From contig OZ024740.1 of NCBI GenBank assembly GCA_964016885.1, positions 19,716,001 to 19,780,000 of the forward strand: 64,000 nt of DNA. Direction: 5' to 3'. Made by a program: the position numbers and the translations under genes. Below the pieces are notes generated by a model. The model was not told where the DNA came from, did no database searches, and saw only the letters and a program-made list of their open reading frames with translations. This DNA comes from Eledone cirrhosa (Eukaryota). Positions 29,100-41,000 of this stretch are shown here, piece after piece; the first letter of the stretch is position 1, and the number at the start of each line of letters is the position of its first letter.

Positions 29100-32000
29100 G
29101 TGTCCCGACAGCTAACAACTGATGCAGTGTCTCGACAGCTAACAACTGTTGCAGTGTCCCGAAAGCTAACAACTGATGCAGTGTCTCGACAGCTAACAAC
29201 CGATGCAGTGTCCCGAAAGCTAACACTGATGCAGTGTCTCGACAGCTAACAACTGATGCAGTGTCCCGAAAGCTAACAACTGATGCAGTGTCCCGACATC
29301 TAACAAGTGATGCAGTGTCCTCTCGACAGCTAACAAATGATGCAGTGATTCGACAGCTAACAACTGATGCAGTGTCCTCAGGACAGCTAACAACTAAAGC
29401 AGTGATTCGACATCTAACAACTGATACAGTGTCCTCTCGACAGCTAACAACTGATGCAGTGCTCAGACAGCTAACAACTGATGCAGTGTCCTCGCGACAG
29501 CTAACAACTGATGCAGTGTCCCGACAGCTAAAAACTGATGCAGTGTCTCGACAGCTAACAACTGATGCAGTGTCCTCTCGACAGCTAACAAAATATGCAG
29601 TTTCCTCTCGACAGCTAACACCTGATGCAGTGTCCTTTCGACAACTAACAACTGATTCAGTGTCCTCTCGACAGCTAACAAAATATGCAGTTTCTTCTCG
29701 ACAGCTAACAACTGATGCAGTGTCCTCCCGACAGATAACAACTGATGCAGTGTCCTCTCGACAGCTAACAACTGATGCAGTGTTCAGAGAGCTAACAACT
29801 GATGCAGTGTCCCCTCGACAGCTAACAACTGATGCAGTGTCCCAACAGCTAACAACTGATGCAGTGTCCCGACAGCTAACAACTGATGCAGTGTCTCGAC
29901 AGCTAACAACTGTTGCAGTGTCCCGAAAGCTAACAACCGATGCAGTGTCTCGACAGCTAACAACCGATGCAGTGTCCCGAAAGCTAACAACTGATGCAGT
30001 GTCTCGACAGCTAACAACTGATGCAGTGTCCCGAAAGCTAACGACTGATGCAGTGTCTCGACAGCTAACATCTGCTGCAGTGTCCCGACATTTAACAACT
30101 GATGCAGTGTCCCGACAGCTAACAACTGATGCAGTGTCCTCTCGACAGCTAACAACTGATGCAGTGTCTCGACATCTAACAACTGATGCAGTGTCCCGAC
30201 AGCTAACAACTGATACAGTGTCCCGACAGCTAACAACTGATGCAGTGTCCTCTCGACAGCTAACAACTGATGCAGTGTCCTCTCGACAGCTAACAATTGA
30301 TGCAGTGTCTCGACAGCTAACAACTGATGCAGTGTCTCGACAGCTAGCAATAGATGCAGTGTCCTTCCGACAGCTAACAACTGATGCAGTGTCCTCTCGA
30401 CAGCTAACAACCGATGCAGTGTCCTCTCGACAGCTAACAACTGATGCAGTGTCCTCTCGACAGATAACAACTGATGCAGTGTCCCGACAGCTAACAACTG
30501 ATGCAGTGTCCCGACAGCTAACAACTGATGCAGTGTCTCGACAGCTAAGAAATGATGCAGTGATTCGACAGCTAACAACTGATGCAGTGTCTCGACAGCT
30601 AACAACTGATGCAGTGTCCTTCCGACAGCTAACAACTGATGCCGTGTCCTCTCGACAGGTAACAACTGATGCAGTGATTCGACATCTAACAAGTGATGCA
30701 GTGTCCTCTCGACAGCTAACAACTGATGCAGTGATTCGACAGCTAACAACTGATGCAGTGTCCTCAGGACAGCTAACAACTAAAGCAGTGATTCGACATC
30801 TAACAACTGATACAGTGTCCTCTCGACAGCTAACAACTGATGCAGTGCTCAGACAGCTAACAACTGATGCAGTGTCCTCGCGACAGCTAACAACTGATGC
30901 AGTGTCCCGAGAGCTAAAAACTGATGCAGTGTCTCGACAGCTAACAACTGATGCAGTGTCCTCTCGACAGCTAACAAAATATGCAGTTTCCTCTCGACAG
31001 CTAACACCTGATGCAGTGTCCTTTCGACAACTAACAACTGATGCAGTGTCCTCTCGACAGCTAACAAAATATGCAGTTTCTTCTCGACAGCTAACAACTG
31101 ATGCAGTGTCCTCCCGACAGATAACAACTGATGCACTGTCCTCTCGACAGCTAACAACTGATGCAGTGTTCCGACAGCTAACAACTGATGCAGTGTCCCC
31201 TCGACAGCTAACAACTGATGCAGTGTCCTCGCGACAGCTAACAACTGATGCAGTGACCCGACAGCTAAAAACTGATGCAGTGTCTCGACAGCTAACAACT
31301 GATGCAGTGTCCTTTCGACAGCTAACAACTGATGCAGTGTCCTCCCAACAGATAACAACTGATGCAGTGTCCTCTCGACAGCTAACAACTGATGCAGTGT
31401 TCCGACAGCTAACAACTGATACAGTGTCCCCTCGACAGCTAACAACTGATGCAGTGTCCCAACAGCTAATAACTGATGCAGTGTCCCGACAGCTAACAAC
31501 TGATGCAGTGTGTCGACAGCTAACAACTGTTGCAGTGTCCCGAAAGCTAACAACTGATGCAGCGTCTCGACAGCTAACAACTGATGTAGTGTCCCGAAAG
31601 CTAACAACTGATGCAGTGTCTCGACAGCTAACAACTGATGCAGTGTCTCGACAGCTAACAACTTATGCAGTGTCCCGACAGCTATCAACTGATGCAGTGA
31701 CCTCTCGACAGCTAACAACTGATGCAGTGTCTCGACAGCTAACAACTGATGCAGTGTCCTCTCGACAGCTAACAACTGATGCTGTGTCCCAACAGCTAAC
31801 AACTGATGCAGTGTCCTCTCGACAGCTAACAACTGATGCAGTGATTCGACATCTAACAACTGATGCAGTGTCCTCTCGACAGCTAACAACTGATGCAGTG
31901 TCCTCTAGACAGCTAACAACTGATGCAGTGTCCCGACAGCTAACAACTGATGCAGTGTCTCGACATCTAACAACTGATGCAGTGTCCCGACAGCTAACAA

Positions 32001-35000
32001 CTGATACAGTGTCCCGACAGCTAACAACTGATGCAGTGTCCTCTCGACAGCTAACAACTGATGCAGTGTCCTCTCGACAGCTAACAATTGATGCAGTGTC
32101 TCGACAGCTAACAACTGATGCAGTGTCTCGACAGCTAACAATAGATGCAGTGTCCTTCCGACAGCTAACAACTGATGCAGTGTCCTCTCGACAGCTAACA
32201 ACCGATGCAGTGTCCTCTCGACAGCTAACAACTGATGCAGTGTCCTCTCGACAGATAACAACTGATGCAGTGTCCCGACAGCTAACAACTGATGCAGTGT
32301 CCCGACAGCTAACAACTGATGCAGTGTCTCGACAGCTAAGAAATGATGCAGTGATTCGACAGCTAACAACTGATGGAGTGTCTCGACAGCTAACAACTGA
32401 TGCAGTGTCTCGACAGCTAACAACTGATGCAGTGTCCTTCCGACAGCTAACAACTGATACCGTGTCCTCTCGACAGGTAACAACTGATGCAGTGATTCGA
32501 CATCTAACAAGTGATGCAGTGTCCTCTCGACAGCTAACAACTGATGCAGTGATTCGACAGCTAACAACTGATGCAGTGTCCTCAGGACAGCTAACAACTA
32601 AAGCAGTGATTCGACATCTAACAACTGATACAGTGTCCTCTCGACAGCTAACAACTGATGCAGTGCTCAGACAGCTAACAACTGATGCAGTGTCCTCGCG
32701 ACAGCTAACAACTGATGCAGTGTCCCGACAGCTAAAAACTGATGCAGTGTCTCGACAGCTAACAACTGATGCAGTGTCCTCTCGACAGCTAACAAAATAT
32801 GCAGTTTCCTCTCGACAGCTAACACCTGATGCAGTGTCCTTTCGACAACTAACAACTGATGCAGTGTCCTCTCGACAGCTAACAAAATATGCAGTTTCTT
32901 CTCGACAGCTAACAACTGATGCAGTGTCCTCCCGACAGATAACAACTGATGCAGTGTCCTCTCGACAGCTAACAACTGATGCAGTGTTCCGACAGCTAAC
33001 AACTGATGCAGTGTCCCCTCGACAGCTAACAACTGATGCAGTGTCCTCGCAACAGCTAACAACTGATGCAGTGTCCCGACAGCTAAAAACTGATGCAGTG
33101 TCTCGACAGCTAACACCTGATGCAGTGTCCTTTCGACAGCTAACAACTGATGCAGTGTCCTCCCAACAGATAACAACTGATGCAGTGTCCTCTCGACAGC
33201 TAACAACTGATGCAGTGTTCCGACAGCTAACAACTGATACAGTGTCCCCTCGACAGCTAACAACTGATGCAGTGTCCCAACAGCTAAAAACTGATCCAGT
33301 GTCCCGACAGCTAACAACTGATGCAGTGTGTCGACAGCTAACAACTGTTGCAGTGTCCCGAAAGCTAACAACTGATGCAGTGTCTCGACAGCTAACAACT
33401 GATGCAGTGTCCCGAAAGCTAACAACTGATGCAGTGTCTCGACAGCTAACAACTGATGCAGTGTCCAGAAAGCTAACAACTGATGCAGTGTCTCAACAGC
33501 TAACAACTGCTGCAGTGTCCCGACATCTAACAACTGATGCAGTGTCCCGACAGCTAACAACTGATGCAGTGTCCTCTCGACAGCTAACAACTGATGCAGT
33601 GTCCCAACAGCTAACAACTGATGCAGTGTTCCAAAAGCTAACAACTGATGCAGTGTCCCGAAAGCTAACAACTGATGCAGTGTCTAGACAGCTAACAACT
33701 GATGCTGTCTCTCGACAGCTAACAACTGATGCAGTGTCCTCTCGACAGCTAACAACTGATTCAGTGTCCCGACAGCTAACAACTGATGCAGTGTCCTCTC
33801 GACAGCTAACAACTGATGCAGTGTCCCGACAGCTAACAACTGATGCAGTGTCCTCTCGACAGCTGACAACTGATGCAGTGTCCCGACAGCTAACAACTGA
33901 TGCAGTGCCTCGACAGCTAACAACTGCTGCAGTGTCCCGACAGCTAACAACTGATGCAGTGCCTCGACAGCTAACAACTGCTGCAGTGTCCCGACAGCTA
34001 ACAACTGATGCAGTGTCTCGACAGCTAACAACTGATGCAGTGTCCTCTCGACAGCTAACAACTGATGCAGTGTCCCAACAGCTAACAACTGATGCAGTGT
34101 CCTCTCGAAAGCCAAAAACAGATGCAGTGTCCTCTAGACAGCTAACAAATTATGCAGTGTCCTGACAGCTAACAACTGATGCAGTGTCCTCTCGACAGCT
34201 AACAACTGATGCTGTGTCCCAACAGCTAACAACTGATGCAGTGTCCTCTCGACAGCTAACAACTAATGCAGTGATTCGACAGCTAAAAACTGATGCAGTG
34301 TCTCGACAGCTAACAACTGATGCAGTGTCCTCTCGACAGCTAACAAAATATGCAGTTTCTTCTCGACAGCTAACAACTGATGCAGTGTCCTCCCGACAGA
34401 TAACAACTGATGCAGTGTCCTCTCGACAGCTAACAACTGATGCAGTGTTCCGACAGCTAACCACTGATGCAGTGTCCCCTCGACAGCTAACAACTGATGC
34501 AGTGTCCCAACAGCTAACAACTGATGCAGTGTCCCGACAGCTAACAACTGATGCAGTGTCTCGACAGCTAACAACTGTTGCAGTGTCCCGAAAGCTAACA
34601 ACTGATGCAGTGTCTCGACAGCTAACAACCGATGCAGTGTCCCGAAAGCTAACACTGATGCAGTGTCTCGACAGCTAACAACTGATGCAGTGTCCCGAAA
34701 GCTAACAACTGATGCAGTGTCCCGACATCTAACAAGTGATGCAGTGTCCTCTCGACAGCTAACAAATGATGCAGTGATTCGACAGCTAACAACTGATGCA
34801 GTGTCCTCAGGACAGCTAACAACTAAAGCAGTGATTCGACATCTAACAACTGATACAGTGTCCTCTCGACAGCTAACAACTGATGCAGTGCTCAGACAGC
34901 TAACAACTGATGCAGTGTCCTCGCGACAGCTAACAACTGATGCAGTGTCCCGACAGCTAAAAACTGATGCAGTGTCTCGACAGCTAACAACTGATGCAGT

Positions 35001-38000
35001 GTCCTCTCGACAGCTAACAAAATATGCAGTTTCCTCTCGACAGCTAACACCTGATGCAGTGTCCTTTCGACAACTAACAACTGATTCAGTGTCCTCTCGA
35101 CAGCTAACAAAATATGCAGTTTCTTCTCGACAGCTAACAACTGATGCAGTGTCCTCCCGACAGATAACAACTGATGCAGTGTCCTCTCGACAGCTAACAA
35201 CTGATGCAGTGTTCAGAGAGCTAACAACTGATGCAGTGTCCCCTCGACAGCTAACAACTGATGCAGTGTCCCAACAGCTAACAACTGATGCAGTGTCCCG
35301 ACAGCTAACAACTGATGCAGTGTCTCGACAGCTAACAACTGTTGCAGTGTCCCGAAAGCTAACAACCGATGCAGTGTCTCGACAGCTAACAACCGATGCA
35401 GTGTCCCGAAAGCTAACAACTGATGCAGTGTCTCGACAGCTAACAACTGATGCAGTGTCCCGAAAGCTAACGACTGATGCAGTGTCTCGACAGCTAACAT
35501 CTGCTGCAGTGTCCCGACATTTAACAAATGATGCAGTGTCCCGACAGCTAACAACTGATGCAGTGTCCTCTCGACAGCTAACAACTGATGCAGTGTCTCG
35601 ACATCTAACAACTGATGCAGTGTCCCGACAGCTAACAACTGATACAGTGTCCCGACAGCTAACAACTGATGCAGTGTCCTCTCGACAGCTAACAACTGAT
35701 GCAGTGTCCTCTCGACAGCTAACAATTGATGCAGTGTCTCGACAGCTAACAACTGATGCAGTGTCTCGACAGCTAGCAATAGATGCAGTGTCCTTCCGAC
35801 AGCTAACAACTGATGCAGTGTCCTCTCGACAGCTAACAACCGATGCAGTGTCCTCTCGACAGCTAACAACTGATGCAGTGTCCTCTCGACAGATAACAAC
35901 TGATGCAGTGTCCCGACATCTAACAACTGATGCAGTGTCCCGACAGCTAACAACTGATGCAGTGTCTCGACAGCTAAGAAATGATGCAGTGATTCGACAG
36001 CTAACAACTGATGCAGTGTCTCGACAGCTAACAACTGATGCAGTGTCCTTCCGACAGCTAACAACTGATGCCGTGTCCTCTCGACAGGTAACAACTGATG
36101 CAGTGATTCGACATCTAACAAGTGATGCAGTGTCCTCTCGACAGCTAACAACTGATGCAGTGATTCGACAGCTAACAACTGATGCAGTGTCCTCAGGACA
36201 GCTAACAACTAAAGCAGTGATTCGACATCTAACAACTGATACAGTGTCCTCTCGACAGCTAACAACTGATGCAGTGCTCAGACAGCTAACAACTGATGCA
36301 GTGTCCTCGCGACAGCTAACAACTGATGCAGTGTCCCGAGAGCTAAAAACTGATGCAGTGTCTCGACAGCTAACAACTGATGCAGTGTCCTCTCGACAGC
36401 TAACAAAATATGCAGTTTCCTCTCGACAGCTAACACCTGATGCAGTGTCCTTTCGACAACTAACAACTGATGCAGTGTCCTCTCGACAGCTAACAAAATA
36501 TGCAGTTTCTTCTCGACAGCTAACAACTGATGCAGTGTCCTCCCGACAGATAACAACTGATGCACTGTCCTCTCGACAGCTAACAACTGATGCAGTGTTC
36601 CGACAGCTAACAACTGATGCAGTGTCCCCTCGACAGCTAACAACTGATGCAGTGTCCTCGCGACAGCTAACAACTGATGCAGTGACCCGACAGCTAAAAA
36701 CTGATGCAGTGTCTCGACAGCTAACAACTGATGCAGTGTCCTTTCGACAGCTAACAACTGATGCAGTGTCCTCCCAACAGATAACAACTGATGCAGTGTC
36801 CTCTCGACAGCTAACAACTGATGCAGTGTTCCGACAGCTAACAACTGATACAGTGTCCCCTCGACAGCTAACAACTGATGCAGTGTCCCAACAGCTAATA
36901 ACTGATGCAGTGTCCCGACAGCTAACAACTGATGCAGTGTGTCGACAGCTAACAACTGTTGCAGTGTCCCGAAAGCTAACAACTGATGCAGTGTCTCGAC
37001 AGCTAACAACTGATGTAGTGTCCCGAAAGCTAACAACTGATGCAGTGTCTCGACAGCTAACAACTGATGCAGTGTCCCGAAAGCTAACAACTGATGCAGT
37101 GTCTCAACAGCTAACAACTGCTGCAGTGTCCCGACATCTAACAACTGATGCAGTGTCCCGACAGCTAACAACTGATGCAGTGTCCTCTCGACAGCTAACA
37201 ACTGATGCAGTGTCCCAACAGCTAACAACTGATGCAGTGTTCCGAAAGCTAACAACTGATGCAGTGTCCCGAAAGCTAACAACTGATGCAGTGTCTAGAC
37301 AGCTAACAACTGATGCTGTCTCTCGACAGCTAACAACTGATGCAGTGTCCTCTCGACAGCTAACAACTGATTCAGTGTCCCGACAGCTAACAACTGATGC
37401 AGTGTCCTCTCGACAGCTAACAACTGATGCAGTGTCCCGACAGCTAACAACTGATGCAGTGTCCTCTCGACAGCTAACAACTGATGCAGTGTCCCGACAG
37501 CTAACAACTGATGCAGTGCCTCGACAGCTAACAACTGCTGCAGTGTCCCGACAGCTAACAACTGATGCAGTGCCTCGACAGCTAACAACTGCTGCAGTGT
37601 CCCGACAGCTAACAACTGATGCAGTGTCTCGACAGCTAACAACTGATGCAGTGTCCTCTCGACAGCTAACAACTGATGCAGTGTCCCAACAGCTAACAAC
37701 TGATGCAGTGTCCTCTCGAAAGCCAAAAACAGATGCAGTGTCCTCTAGACAGCTAACAAATTATGCAGTGTCCTGACAGCTAACATCTGATGCAGTGTCC
37801 CCTCGACAGCTAACAACTGATGCTGTGTCCCAACAGCTAACAACTGATGCAGTGTCCTCTCGACAGCTAACAACTAATGCAGTGATTCGACAGCTAAAAA
37901 CTGATGCAGTGTCTCGACAGCTAACAACTGATGCAGTGTCCTCTCGACAGCTAACAAAATATGCAGTTTCTTCTCGACAGCTAACAACTGATGCAGTGTC

Positions 38001-41000
38001 CTCCCGACAGATAACAACTGATGCAGTGTCCTCTCGACAGCTAACAACTGATGCAGTGTTCCGACAGCTAACAACTGATGCAGTGTCCCCTCGACAGCTA
38101 ACAACTGATGCAGTGTCCCAACAGCTAACAACTGATGCAGTGTCCCGACAGCTAACAACTGATGCAGTGTCTCGACAGCTAACAACAGTTGCAGTGTCCC
38201 GAAAGCTAACAACTGATGCAGTGTCCTCTCGACAGCTAACAACTGATGCAGTGTCCCGACAGCTAACAACTGATGCAGTGTCCTCTCGACAGCTAACAAC
38301 TGATGCAGTGTCCCGACAGCTAACAACTGATGCAGTGCCTCGACAGCTAACAACTGCTGCAGTGTCCCGACAGCTAACAACTGATGCAGTGCCTCGACAG
38401 CTAACAACTGCTGCAGTGTCCCGACAGCTAACAACTGATGCAGTGTCTCGACAGCTAACAACTGATGCAGTGTCCTCTCGACAGCTAACAACTGATGCAG
38501 TGTCCCAACAGCTAACAACTGATGCAGTGTCCTCTCGAAAGCCAAAAACAGATGCAGTGTCCTCTAGACAGCTAACAAATTATGCAGTGTCCTGACAGCT
38601 AACATCTGATGCAGTGTCCTCTCGACAGCTAACAACTGATGCTGTGTCCCAACAGCTAACAACTGATGCAGTGTCCTCTCGACAGCTAACAACTAATGCA
38701 GTGATTCGACAGCTAAAAACTGATGCAGTGTCTCGACAGCTAACAACTGATGCAGTGTCCTCTCGACAGCTAACAAAATATGCAGTTTCTTCTCGACAGC
38801 TAACAACTGATGCAGTGTCCTCCCGACAGATAACAACTGATGCAGTGTCCTCTCGACAGCTAACAACTGATGCAGTGTTCCGACAGCTAACAACTGATGC
38901 AGTGTCCCCTCGACAGCTAACAACTGATGCAGTGTCCCAACAGCTAACAACTGATGCAGTGTCCCGCCAGCTAACAACTGATGCAGTGTCTCGACAGCTA
39001 ACAACTGTTGCAGTGTCCCGAAAGCTAACAACTGATGCAGTGTCTCGACAGCTAACAACCGATGCAGTGTCCCGAAAGCTAACACTGATGCAGTGTCTCG
39101 ACAGATAAACAACTGATGCAGTGTCCCGAAAGCTAACAACTGATGCAGTGTCCCGACATCTAACAAGTGATGCAGTGTCCTCTCGACAGCTAACAAATGA
39201 TGCAGTGATTCGACAGCCAACAACTGATGCAGTGTCCTCAGGACAGCTAACAACTAAAGCAGTGATTCGACATCTAACAACTGATACAGTGTCCTCTCGA
39301 CAGCTAACAACTGATGCAGTGCTCAGACAGCTAACAACTGATGCAGTGTCCTCGCGACAGCTAACAACTGATGCAGTGTCCCGACAGCTAAAAACTGATG
39401 CAGTGTCTCGACAGCTAACAACTGATGCAGTGTCCTCTCGACAGCTAACAAAATATGCAGTTTCCTCTCGACAGCTAACAGCTGATGCAGTGTCCTTTCG
39501 ACAACTAACAACTAATTCAGTGTCCTCTCGACAGCTAACAAAATATGCAGTTTCTTCTCGACAGCTAACAACTGATGCAGTGTCCTCCCGACAGATAACA
39601 ACTGATGCAGTGTCCTCTCGACAGCTAACAACTGATGCAGTGTTCAGAGAGCTAACAACTGATGCAGTGTCCCCTCGACAGCTAACAACTGATGCAGTGT
39701 CCCAACAGCTAACAACTGATGCAGTGTCCCGACAGCTAACAACTGATGCAGTGTCTCGACAGCTAACAACTGTTGCAGTGTCCCGAAAGCTAACAACTGA
39801 TGCAGTGTCTCGACAGCTAACAACTGATGCAGTGTCCCGAAAGCTAACGACTGATGCAGTGTCTCGACAGCTAACAACTGCTGCAGTGTCCCGACATCTA
39901 ACAACTGATGCAGTGTCCCGATAGCTAACAACTGATGCAGTGTCCTCTCGACAGCTAACAACTGATGCAGTATCCTCTCGACAGCTAACAACTGATGCAG
40001 TGTCTCGACATCTAACAACTGATGCAGTGTCCCGACAGCTAACAACTGATACAGTGTCCCGACAGCTAACAACTGATGCAGTGTCCTCTCGACAGCTAAC
40101 AACTGATGCAGTGTCCTCTCGACAGCTAACAATTGATGCAGTGTCTCGACAGCTAACAACTGATGCAGTGTCTCGACAGCTAACAATAGATGCAGTGTCC
40201 TTCCGACAGCTAACAACTGATGTAGTGTCCTCTCGACAGCTAACAACCGATGCAGTGTCCTCTCGACAGCTAACAACTGATGCAGTGTCCCGACAGCTAA
40301 CAACTTATGCAGTGTCCTCTCGACAGATAACAACTGATGCAGTGTCCCGACAGCTAACAACTGATGCAGTGTCCCGACAGCTAACAACTGATGCACTGTC
40401 TCGACAGCTAAGAAATGATGCAGTGATTCGACAGCTAACAACTGATGGATTGTCTCGACAGCTAACAACTGATGCAGTGTCTCGACAGCTAACAACTGAT
40501 GCAGTGTCCTTCCGACAGCTAACAACTGATGCAGTGTCCTCTCGACAGCTAACAACTGATTCAGTGTCCCGACAGCTAACAACTGATGCAGTGTCCTCTC
40601 GACAGCTAACAACTGATGCAGTGTCCCGACAGCTAACAACTGATGCAGTGCCTCGACAGCTAACAACTGCTGCAGTGTCCCGACAGCTAACAACTGATGC
40701 AGTGCCTCGACAGATAACAACTGCTGCAGTGTCCCGACAGCTAACAACTGATGCAGTGTCTCGACAGCTAACAACTGATGCAGTGTCCTCTCGACAGCTA
40801 ACAACTGATGCAGTGTCCCAACAGCTAACAACTGATGCAGTGTCCTCTCGAAAACCAAAAACAGATGCAGTGTCCTCTAGACAGCTAACAAATTATGCAG
40901 TGTCCTGACAGCTAACATCTGATGCAGTGTCCTCTCGACAGCTAACAACTGATGCTGTGTCCCAACAGCTAACAACTGATGCAGTGTCCTCTCGACAGCT

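Larger units (their letters stand above)
1..29100 (+). repeat. Satellite domain 1 (most homogeneous; multi-kb higher-order repeats)
   Basis: Marker monomers seen only here: GCCCGCTCGAACTCT (about 1061, 2300, 3749, 7056 ... 28142), TCTCAAGAG (about 1512 ... 28795) and the 33-bp CGACGACAG (about 2904, 4380, 5292, 9573, 12582, 16833, 22524, 26241). No frameshifting indel in 29 kb. Confidence 0.85.

Noticed and set aside
29234-34165. 1643-aa ORF, and the other + strand QLTTDAVS(S)R ORFs, as a mucin- or adhesin-like protein
   Set aside because: The frame is open only because the monomers are 3n long and stop-free. The starts are repeat GTGs, and there is no signal peptide, unique domain or promoter context. 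Homologous copies carry amplified stops and frameshifts.
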